Notes: a model not told the origin generated them from the sequence alone. Counted from the stretch's first letter, positions 10,379 to 20,300 are shown. The stretch is 21,987 bases of DNA from Octopus sinensis (GCF_006345805.1 NW_021823566.1:1-21987); one strand, 5' to 3'. Numbers and translations: made by a program.

Positions 10379-11598
10379 TTTCTAGTTTCAGCTCAGAGCT
10401 GCGGCCATGCTGATGCACCGCCGTTTTGTGCTACACTGTTATTGCGACGAACCTCGTCTAATATGTGGCACTTGGTGAAGAATGGAGTTTGATACAGCTA
10501 CTCTAATTTGCACCTCTTGCCGTGAGGTAGGTTCATCTGGGACTCTTGACAGGAAGATGTCCAGCTTTGATTTAAAAACCGCTACATCTACTTTGTGCAA
10601 GTTCCTCAGACTCTTTGGGAGAATATTAAAATGCAGTGGGCCCTTGAAACCCAGGCTGTTGCAGAAGCTGGTCCTGAAGCGTGATGGCATTGCTGGGATC
10701 TTTGGCATTATGCAGTGTCGTCCCGTTCTAGCATTGGTGTAGCTTACAATGCCAAAATTTGGCACAATTCCTTCCAGGATCTTCCAGACATACATTACTG
10801 CATACCTCTCCCGTCTTCTCTCCAGGGAGTAGAGTCACGTTCCAGATTCATGAGGATTTCTTGAATTCTTGCCTATGTGATTTGGGGCATCCGGTGGGCA
10901 ATATGTATTGCATATGACTATATTATGTTGTCTTATGTATACAATTAAGGTGTCACATACCGAATTTGAGTATGTCATCAAGACCTGGGGTGTGAGGTCA
11001 TCTCGGATGTATACAGCAACTCCACCATGGCTCCTTTCCCTTCTGTCTGTTCGCAGTATGGCATAGTTTGGTATGTGTACTTCTGCGTCCTCTATATCAA
11101 GGTTGAGGTGAGTTTCCACAAGTGCTATGCATAGGGCTTGATTGCATGCAGTAAGATCTCTCAGGAAAGAAATTTTGTTTCTATTTTGATGCAACAGGCC
11201 CCAATATTTAGTAAAAGTATTGGGGTGACGGCTGTGCAGGCGTTAGGGGAGGCCATCCCTGTCTGTTGACTGTGGTGGTCTTGCATAGTGGTGGCAGGGT
11301 TCCTTCTCTGTGCTTGGTGTAGCCAGGTTAGCTGCTGGACAATTCTTTCCGCCATGCATAAAAAAGACTCTTGCTCAGCTGCTGCGTTGCGCAGAACATC
11401 TGAGGAGCGCACTTCGTTTTTGAAAGTTTTCCTGGGAGACATTTCTTGTGTTCCTTCGGTAAAGTTTTCCTCTTTGAGTCCCCTGAAGTTCTGGCGGAGT
11501 GTCGGGTGGGTGAACCGGCAGTTTTTGCCGTCCTCACCATGCCAACATTTGCCCCGCAGGTAGAACTTACAGGTTCTTCGGTGCTTTCTAGATTTCTT

Positions 11599-11601
<3 letters not shown>
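10361..11601 (-). mobile_element. CR1-group LINE with a large internal deletion (CCCH finger, APE endonuclease N-terminal half, ORF2 C-terminus, 3' UTR, poly(A))
   Basis: APE motifs LLLNI, IALVETHL, RTDRRERSHGGVAVYIR, NTYCPP (about 10850-11225) abut LYSLERRRERYAVMYVWKILEG...FNILPKSLR...FKSKLDIFLSRVPDEP (10834-10439). Poly(T) on + at 10361-10381; (TA)n on both flanks. Confidence 0.9.
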
Positions 11602-11640
<39 letters not shown>

Positions 11641-11645
11641 ATATA

Positions 11646-11997
11646 TTAGGTTGGAAGTTCCCGCCGTTAAAAAAAAATTTTTTTTAAGGTTTAGTAAAAA
11701 GTAACAACTAATTAATCAATAATGTACTCACCCTTGTTGTTTACTTCTTCCTAACGTTCAACAAGATTTTCAATACCTCGTTGGTAGAAATCACCCGATT
11801 TCGACTCGAAAAATTGATTCAACCAAGCTCTCAATTCAATTCTGCATCAATATTGAACGAAACTCCGCGCATAGCATTTCGTCATATTTGTGATATGAGG
11901 GCGGGCGTTGTCGTGCAGCAGAACTCCATGCTGCCGATTAGGTCTTTTCTCTTAAGTAGCCGTGTTGAGTCGTGTCAAGTTCACTCAGCTGTAGAAA
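11646..11997 (-). mobile_element. Mariner 3' relic with terminal repeat
   Basis: Minus strand reads EKRPNRQHGVLLHDNARPHITNMT, then after a deletion NAMRGVSFNIDAEL...DFYQRGIENLVER*EEVNNKGEYIID*. Terminus ta|ttaggttgg at 11646. Confidence 0.88.
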
Positions 11998-12010
11998 TGA
12001 GTTGCGATGT

Positions 12011-12192
12011 CACTGGTGCCAAGCTGTATTGGCCTTTGCCTTTCCCTTGGATAACATTGGTGGTATGGAGAAGGCAGACCGGCATGCATGGGTGACTGCT
12101 GGTCTTCCTACACAACCTTGCCCAGACTTGTGCCTCAGAGGGTAACTTTCCAGGTGTGATTCCATGGTCATTTATGACCGAAGGGAGTCTTT
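12011..12192 (+). mobile_element. Probable SINE 3' fragment (further family)
   Basis: ggtgccaagctgtattggcctttgcctttcccttggataac...acaaccttgcccagacttgtgcctcagagggtaacttt recognised from memory as a common octopus interspersed repeat; there is no second copy in the window. Confidence 0.55.
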
Positions 12193-12528
12193 GTCGGTGG
12201 AGCTATTCAGCGGCTCACAGTAAACAAAATACGGAGTGACAGCGCTAATCAGTGACGTGTATATAAATATAAACTTGTTACAAGTTCAAATATGCTTGAG
12301 GCATATTCGAATTCGTAAATAAGCAATTTACGGTATTTTGGTACGGAGAAAATTTCTCAGTGTAGACAAATGGCTGCAAATAAACCGAATGAGTTCACGA
12401 TGCTACCACTTTTGTATTTTATTTATGGCGAGTCACTAACTAGCACTACGATGCAACGACGATGTGAATATCATCATTAGAGGGATCTGCCTCTCATGTC
12501 AGTTTGTAGCGTCCGTCATTAGCGGTCT

Positions 12529-12576
12529 CTGCTGCTGACGAGGAGGTAACCACTCCGAAATGCATGCATCCCACGG
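12529..12576 (+). ncRNA. Minimal type I hammerhead ribozyme motif (Penelope-like-element type), stem I degraded
   Basis: CTGACGA (12535-12541); stem II GGAG/CTCC (12542-12545/12553-12556); GAAA (12557-12560); stem III ATG/CAT around a CATG loop; AUC cleavage triplet ending at 12570. Confidence 0.7.
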
Positions 12577-12604
12577 TCTGGTTAGGTGGTGCTATAATTC
12601 ACAC

Positions 12605-12616
12605 TTACACATTTAC

Positions 12617-12649
<33 letters not shown>

Positions 12650-12788
12650 TACATACATGCATACATATGAATATATATGTGTACTTATACTGCATGCATA
12701 CAGAAATATATTTTTGTATATGTGTTTATACATATATTTATATACACACATGTACATATGTTTACATACATACATACTTGCATACATG

Positions 12789-12848
<60 letters not shown>

Positions 12849-13005
12849 AATATGTGTGTATATAAACGTATGTGAGAGTATGTATGTATGTATGTGTGTA
12901 TAAACAGCCAGTATAACGGCCAGAATCAAAACAGCTGCAACCAGAATAACCGCATAAATGACATCATCATCACCATCATCATAATCACCATCATCATCAC
13001 CATCG

Positions 13006-13038
<33 letters not shown>

Positions 13039-13432
13039 CGACGACGACGACGATCACCACCACCACTACCACCTCCATAAATGATGTATGTATGTATTTT
13101 TGTCAACTAGCATTAACCACGCCTCGGATGCACTTCATTGCCTACAACAGTATAAGGCATACATCTAAACAACAGTAACAGCCACCACCACCACCACCAC
13201 CACCATCATCGCCTCATACTACTACTCCTACAACTACCACTACTACCACTGTTAGCACTACTGCTGCTGCAGTTGCCACCACTATTACAACGGTCACCAC
13301 CACCACAATAACAACAACAACCAGAACTACTACTACTACTACAACTATTATTACTACTACCACCACCACCACCACTGCTAGTACTGCTGGTGTTGCTGCC
13401 ACTACTACTACTACTACTACCACAACTATTGT

Positions 13433-13479
<47 letters not shown>

Positions 13480-13774
13480 TTGTTACTACTGCTACCACCA
13501 CCATCGCCACCACCACCACCTGTACTACTACTACTACCACCATTACCATCATCATTGCTACTACCACTACTATTACGACCACCACTATTACTACTACTAG
13601 TAATACCACCACTATTGTTACCACTACCACCATCATTACTGCTGCTAATACTACCTTTGCTCTTGTTGCTTCTACTACTACTACTACCACCACCACCTGT
13701 ACTATTATTACCATCTTTACCATCACCACTTCTAATACCACTACAACTATTACCACCACCATTACTACTACATT

Positions 13775-13809
<35 letters not shown>

Positions 13810-13855
13810 TCACCACCACCATCACATCAGTAAAAGCAACAGCAACAACAACAGC
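12605..13855. repeat. (CA/TA)n, then (CAT)n and long (ACT/ACC)n repeat tracts
   Basis: Directly visible, with short non-repetitive interruptions. Confidence 0.9.
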
Positions 13856-14514
13856 AATGAGCTTCAGTAAATAACCAGTTCAAGAGTGAACCAACATGGA
13901 AGATCCAACTGATGAAAAAACTCACCCCCGTTACCGACGTCGCTACCCCCACCCCCACCATCTCACCGTCCCTACCCTCACCACCCACGCCTGTCTCTCC
14001 CTCCATCCCCCCACTGACCTCCTCTAATTTTTTTTTTGGTTTTCTCCTCCTCTCACTACTACTCTTATGGCTAACTCATTCACCAGAAATAGAAATTTTT
14101 AAGAAACCTTTTTTTTTGTTTTTTGTTCTGAAATACAAAATGGTAGCTTTGTGAATTTTCGTTTCAAACCTTTAGTTGTTGCTTTTGTTGTTGTTGTTGT
14201 TGGACTTTTATATAATTTTTGTGCTAATTTTTTGTTTTTGTTTTTGTTTTTTTTTTTATACAGACATGTTCTGATTCTCAAATAACAAGTTTATTATTAC
14301 AGTGGCCAGTCCTTTTGATCTTAGAGTTGATGTTGTTATTGTTTATAGTGATAGCAGTGATGGCGGTGGTGACGGAGGTTGTGGTTGTATTCGAATTGCT
14401 TGTTTGTTTGTTGTTGTCGTTGTTGTTGTTGTTGTTGGTGGTGGTGGTGTTGTGTAGCCCAAGGTCAGCCTTGATTGAGTAGGTAAGTAGTCCAAAACGG
14501 TAAGATCCATCTCT

Positions 14515-14670
14515 GGATTCGAACTCAGAACGTAAATAACCGCAAAAACAAAAGTACCGCAAGAGACTTTGTATGTCACTCTAGGAACTAGGAACTAGGA
14601 ACGTAAAGCCGAAAGGAATGTCAGGAAGCATTTTGTCCAAAGGACTGGGGATTCTGTCAACTCACTACCT
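14515..14670 (-). mobile_element. Two tandem degraded 5' fragments of the Meta-like SINE
   Basis: attcgaactcagaacgtaaa and gaacgtaaagccgaaaggaatgtcaggaagcattttgtcc...gattctgtcaactcac resemble 17951-18030. Confidence 0.6.
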
Positions 14671-15212
14671 TTTCAGACATTGTCATAAGGAAAATAATAA
14701 TTTTTACCAAAAGATTCCTTTTATCGGCCACAAAGGGCGAATATGTACATCCATCGGATTCATTAAAGAGACTTGTACTTGCGGCGGTATTCACCCCAGG
14801 GAGGGTTGAGCCTGGTCCGACCAACGAGGTCACCACAACCATCACAGATGCTGACCACATCCGACGGTCGGCCAAAGGTGAGACTGTATTCCAGCAAGCA
14901 GAGTAACGCTTCTACCTGCGGCACAAAGCGCGCCGAGTGACGCGGACGCCGTTGTCATAAAAGTCATCCACTGTTGAGGTGTGGAATTCATGGACACTGA
15001 CGATGCTGCAATAAGTCCCGAATGTCACCTTGTGCTCCATGCAAGACACCACTGCATGCCAGAGTCCGCAATATTGGAGCACAGAAACAGATTGGATAGT
15101 GGACAGAGGACAATGTATATTTTAATATTTTTGTTGTTTTTGTATTATCGTTAAATACATTTTGTCTTCATCATCCATTATCATCGGCATTATCATTGTC
15201 ATTATTATTCAT

Positions 15213-15266
15213 TGTAGTAGTTGTAGTAGTAGTAGTAGTAGTAGCAGCAGCAGCAGCAGCAGTAGC

Positions 15267-15310
<44 letters not shown>

Positions 15311-15320
15311 CAGCAGTAGC
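15213..15320. repeat. (GTA/GCA)n repeat
   Basis: Directly visible. Confidence 0.95.
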
Positions 15321-15329
15321 AAAATTTAT

Positions 15330-15540
15330 CTCTAATTGTGGCACAAGGCGAACAATTTGGAGGTGAGGGGAACTCGATTACGTCCACCCCACTATTCAAT
15401 AGGATCTTGTTTTATCGATTTTAAGAGGTCGAAAGGCAAAGACAATTTTGGAAGCATCTGAGTTCAGAACGAAAAGGACCGGAAGAAATACTGCCGAACA
15501 CTTTATCCGACGCGCTAACAATTCTGCTGTCTGTCTCACC
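15330..15540 (-). mobile_element. Degraded Meta-like SINE
   Basis: ggcacaagg...tttatcga...gaaaggcaaagac...cagaacg...gcgctaacaattctgc is the reverse complement of the 4240/16835 family. Confidence 0.75.
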
Positions 15541-15569
15541 TCCCTCAGATTTTGCAATAATTCTTTCTG

Positions 15570-15660
15570 TTGGGTTGGTGCATAATTATTGCGGCTTTTT
15601 CCCCCAACAAATTTTATTCAACAAAATCAATAACAACATGTAACAAAAACATCTTTATTC
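15570..15660. mobile_element. Mariner terminal inverted repeat remnant (Hsmar1/MADE1-like)
   Basis: ttgggttggtgcataattattgcggcttttt compared with the Hsmar1 TIR TTAGGTTGGTGCAAAAGTAATTGCGGTTTT. Confidence 0.6.
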
Positions 15661-15806
15661 TGTGTCACGCTGAATCTCCCTGAGAACTACGTTAACGATA
15701 GGCATGTCTGTGGAGTATTCAGCCACTTGCACGTTAATTTCACGAGCAGACCGTTACGTCGATCGGATCAACTGGAACCCTGATAGTCGTAACCGACGGA
15801 ATGCCA
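15661..15806 (+). mobile_element. SINE 3' fragment
   Basis: acgctgaatctccctgagaactac...cagccacttgcacgttaatttcacgagcag has an inverted copy at 18076-18169. Orientation assigned from recall of the family. Confidence 0.75.
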
Positions 15807-16232
15807 GTTATAATTTATTTTTAATTATCATAATTTATTCAGACACCATTTGCATCACTAGTCGATTATAATTTATTATTATAATTACCATTAATGATGT
15901 AATGTCTCGTTATAAATTTTTCAGATATTTTTCCGCAATGATTAATCTTAGCAAATCTAATTATTCTCCCTCCTTTCTCTGCCTCTCTAATTACTAACAG
16001 AGCAGTTTATACCCCCCACCACCACCACCATCTAATCCCCCACCACCAACACCACTAGCATCCAGTCTTCCCCACTCCGCTCTCGACACCCTGGTACAAT
16101 CATTTTAGACCATTGTCTCCATTTTCTAAGCTTATACCTTTTTTTTCAACATTTCATTATTTTCATTACCATTTCGATAAATATTATTAATATAATTGCC
16201 ATTACGCTTATTAGTGTTGTTGTTGTTGTTGT

Positions 16233-16265
<33 letters not shown>

Positions 16266-16571
16266 TATTATTATTATTGCTTTCATTACCTTTTGGCTGA
16301 TTCTGTAAACCATGTGTGCCGTTTTTCTTTTACTGTTTTCATTCGATTCTATGTAAATCCTCACATTTTATGTCTGTCTATGTATCGTCATCCTCACCCG
16401 CCGCCCTGGTGGCAAATAAAAGAAATCTTCCTCCTCCCCTCCTCTTCCTCCTCCTCCTCATCATCATCATCCTCATCACGAGTATTATTATTATTGAGAG
16501 AGAGCAGCGCATGCCGCCAAAGTGACGTTGGGAGTACAAATATATGAAACCCAATATCATTTATAAGTTGT

Positions 16572-16789
16572 GAAGGGGGGGGGGCACCTGCCTCGGGGTA
16601 ACCAGGATGTGTGGGGCTCCTCGGTTGGCCCTGGGATGAACTCCCTCCCTTTAGGGATTTTTTTGTTTAATTTTATTTTTAATTGTTGTTAAATATTTTT
16701 TACACGACCTTGTACTGAATCCCACTTGTCCCTTGTATTGTATTGCCCCATTGTGTTTTGTGGTCGGCCCCGGTGGGCAGTAAAGAAAA

Positions 16790-16790
<1 letters not shown>
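16572..16790 (+). mobile_element. Non-LTR retroelement 3' UTR fragment (possibly L1/Tx1-like)
   Basis: GC-rich start, T-rich middle, ends gccccggtgggcagtaaagaaaa directly before (ATT)n. Confidence 0.55.
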
Positions 16791-16823
<33 letters not shown>

Positions 16824-16834
16824 GTTATTATTAT

Positions 16835-17026
16835 GGCAGCGTGCTGGCAAAATGCTTTGTAGCATTTCGTCCGTCTTTAGGTTCTGAGTTCAAATTCGGC
16901 CGAGGTCGACTTTGCTTTTTGTTTTTCTGGGTCGATAAAATAAGTACCAGTCTGAGTACTGGGGATCGATGTATTCGATTTATCCCCTTCCCTGAAATTA
17001 TTGGTTTTGCGCCAAAATTTGAAACC
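16835..17026 (+). mobile_element. Meta-like SINE with a small 5' internal deletion
   Basis: ttctgagttcaaattcggccgaggtcgactttgc...gggtcgataaaataagtaccagt closely matches 4300-4410. Confidence 0.88.
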
Positions 17027-17044
17027 CCGTTCTTTCCTGTCAAC

Positions 17045-17415
17045 CCCTCACTCACTCACCCTCCTCTCTCTCCCCTTTTTCTTTCTCCTCGCTCTCCTTC
17101 TCTCTCTCTCTCACTCGCTCACTCTATCCCTCTCTCCCCTCTCTCTTTCTCACTTTTTCTCTCTCTCCCCCTCTCTCTCTCTCTTTCTCACCCTTTTTCT
17201 CTCTCTCTCTCTCTTCCTTCTCTTTCTCACTCTTTCTTTGCTTCTCTTACTTTTTCTCTCCCTCCCTCCCTCCCTCCCTCCTTCCCTCTCTTTCTCACTC
17301 TTTCTCTCTCCCTCGTCCCCTCTCTCTTCTTCTCTCTCTCCCTCTCTCTCCCTCTTTCTCACCTCCTCCCCTCTTTCGCCCTCTCTCCTTCTCTTACTCT
17401 CACTCCCCCTCTCTC
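17045..17415. repeat. Polypyrimidine (CT-rich) tract
   Basis: Directly visible. Confidence 0.95.
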
Positions 17416-17829
17416 TATATATATGTATCACTAGACCAAAAAGCACCATTTTTCACGATGCCTGCCACCAATGGCTAAACCATTCAAAAATAGACAACGG
17501 ATTATTTTATTGTTATGCATTATTTTTTTTCATTTTTTAAAAAAATATCCTTATCCTCTTTTTTCTCCCCTTTCGTTTCTGGGAATCGATCGACCGTTGG
17601 CGATCGTTGTTATTGCTTATTGTTAATGTTGGTGTTCTCGTTGGTATTGTTGTTCTGGTTTTTATTGTTGCTGTTGTGCTCGTTGCGGTTATTGTCATGA
17701 AAGCTCAATGTAAAATGACGACGACGACGATCATGATGGCGGCGGTGGTGATGGCTACTGCTTCTGCTGCTGATGATGATGGTGATGATGAAGGTGATGG
17801 TGACGACGATGATTTTTAACAAATTTAAT

Positions 17830-18030
17830 CTTTCTGCTGTCGACACAATTTGCAGGGAGGGGCTAAGCCGATGGCATTGACCCTCACTACTCAGTTGGTA
17901 CTTATTTTCTCGATCTCCGATACGATGAAAGGCGAAGTCGACTTCGGCGGAATTTGAACTCAGAACGTAAAAGATGGATGAAATGCCGCTAAGCATTTTG
18001 CCCAGCGTGCTAACGATTCTGCCATCTCGC
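17830..18030 (-). mobile_element. Meta-like SINE
   Basis: tggtacttatttt...gatgaaaggcgaagtcgacttcggcggaatttgaactcagaacg...ctaagcattttgcccagcgtgctaacgattctgcca. Confidence 0.88.
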
Positions 18031-18075
18031 AGTCTTAATAGACTGCGACAGAATAAGTGCTAGTCTTACAATGAA

Positions 18076-18169
18076 AACGGAACAGCCTGCTCGTGAAAGT
18101 AACGTGCAAGTGGCTGAGCATTCCACAGACACGTGTACCCTTAAAGTAGTTCTCGGGGAGATTCAGCGT
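18076..18169 (-). mobile_element. SINE 3' fragment, inverted relative to 15667-15759
   Basis: ctgctcgtgaaagtaacgtgcaagtggctgagcattccacagaca...gtagttctcggggagattcagcgt. Confidence 0.8.
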
Positions 18170-18537
18170 ATGCGTGTATGTATGTGTGTACGAATGTGTA
18201 TGTGTGCATAAGAATAATATATATATATATATATTATATATATATATATATGGATAAATACACAGCTAGATATATTCTCATCCACACACACTCACACACG
18301 CATGTACGTGCACGTACATATAATCACCTGTAGGAAAATCTCAACTGCCAGTTTAAAACTGGCTGGAAAAAGAAGTCTGGCTTTGGTCAGGTTTGTCCAT
18401 TTATAGGATCTCCGATTCTGAATACATGTTGTGTGAAACTAACAGTAGTAATGCTCTTAGAGTAACGTCATATTTTGGTTGTATAAATTCACTCTTTATT
18501 CATGCTTGTTCGATCATTCTGTCTGTCTCTGTCTCTT

Positions 18538-18544
18538 AGACACA

Positions 18545-18593
<49 letters not shown>

Positions 18594-18778
18594 TTGTGTT
18601 GAGTGTGTACACACGTGCACATAGATTCGCGTGTGTACATATCTGTAAGAATATACATATATGTACATGTACATATATAGATACGTACATACATTCATAT
18701 ATATATATATATATATTATACATTTATATATATAAATGTATTATATATATATACATGTAAATTAAATATACATGCACA

Positions 18779-18848
<70 letters not shown>

Positions 18849-18961
18849 GATATATATATATATAGTCGGTCACTGCGTTGCGGTATATACATAGATATGC
18901 GCACACAAACCACACGCATATATATATTTTATATATGTATGCATGTATGTATGTATATATG

Positions 18962-19028
<67 letters not shown>

Positions 19029-19070
19029 TATATATATAATATATATGTATACATATATATATGTGTATGT
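18538..19070. repeat. (CA)n/(TA)n microsatellite region
   Basis: Directly visible. Confidence 0.9.
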
Positions 19071-19352
19071 GTGGAGCTATTTTGATGAGAACATTTTTAA
19101 AAATACGAAAGAAAACATACTTCATTACAAACAAAATCCCAAATCGACTAATTACACTTTCCCCTCTTTGTCTTTCCTCTCTTCCTCTCCATCTGTTTTC
19201 CCTCTGTTTCCCCTCTCTTTCACTTTTCTCTCCCTCTCTCTTATTCTTTTCGCTTTCTCTCTTTATTTCTTCCTGCCTTTCTCTTTTACCTCTTCTTTCC
19301 TACCCTTCCTCTTTGCCAATTATTTTTTTATTTCTATTTTATTTCCATATAG

Positions 19353-19431
19353 AATTTTCAATTGTTCTCTGCTGGATCGAAAAGGAAGTTATATTTTAGA
19401 AATCAGGAACAAAAAGTATTGATGAGAACAG
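19353..19431 (+). other. Candidate small internal exon of an unidentified host gene
   Basis: About 190 nt of pyrimidine-rich sequence ending ccatatAG (19351-19352), then consensus donor CAG|GTGAGT (GT at 19432-19433). One open frame: NFQLFSAGSKRKLYFRNQEQKVLMRT. No homology recognised. Confidence 0.3.
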
Positions 19432-19564
19432 GTGAGTCATGAGTTGGCTGTGTTCATAAAACCTGAGGACACTGGCCGAAGCATACACAGTTCGAATCTA
19501 GTGAACGCAATATTACTGTACCCGCTTATTCCAAGCATAACTTTACTACAGGTTCTTTACCTCT

Positions 19565-19598
19565 CTGATATACATACATACATACTTATATATATATA

Positions 19599-19666
<68 letters not shown>
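19565..19666. repeat. (TA)n microsatellite
   Basis: Directly visible. Confidence 0.95.
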
Positions 19667-19669
<3 letters not shown>

Positions 19670-20086
19670 GTGGTTAGCTGAGTTAGAGGTTAAACTACCC
19701 ATCCAAGGGATAGAAGTATCCATTACACTACCGGTTTATTTCCTATGTTTAACCAGGGGCATATATACGCAAGCATATTATGCTCATAAATTAAAGGTAA
19801 AGACAAGCATAAACATGAGTTTATCAAGAATCAAAATTTAAAGAAAACAGAAAATGGAGAAGTACTGATGAAGAACAATTGACTTATATCAATTATTATT
19901 TATTAATTCAATACAAATAGACTGCATCCCATCTAACAGCTGTTTCTGCTTCCAATTATTGTATGGTATTGCCACTGACATGCTAAAAATATTTATCATA
20001 TTAACTTTTCCTCATTCTCTATGCGCTTTATTTATTCTTCACTCTGATGAAGCTCTATGTTTCACATCGGTTGTATTACCAGTATG

Positions 20087-20087
<1 letters not shown>

Positions 20088-20158
<71 letters not shown>

Positions 20159-20300
20159 TATGTATGTATGTATGTATGTTGTATGTATTATGCATGCATG
20201 TATGCATGTATGCTTGTATGTATGTATGTATGTATGTATGTATGTATGTATGCATGCATGTATGCATGTATGAATGTATGTATGTATGTATGTATATATA
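20088..20300. repeat. (TA)n and (TATG/CATG)n microsatellite
   Basis: Directly visible. Confidence 0.95.

Noticed and set aside
14581-14601. (CTAGGAA)x3 tandem repeat as a CRISPR-like or telomere-like array
   Set aside because: Only three 7-bp units with no spacers; local slippage within a degraded SINE.
18302-18363. Palindrome atgtacgtgcacgtacat and hairpin gccagttt-a-aaactggc
   Set aside because: The first lies in alternating purine-pyrimidine microsatellite sequence where palindromes arise easily; the second is short and has no supporting context.
19445-19550. B-box-like gttcgaatc suggesting a tRNA or old SINE head
   Set aside because: No clear A box, cloverleaf or second copy in the window.
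19865-20060. CTGATGA boxes at 19865 and 20044 on the + strand
   Set aside because: No downstream stem II plus GAAA in the right arrangement.
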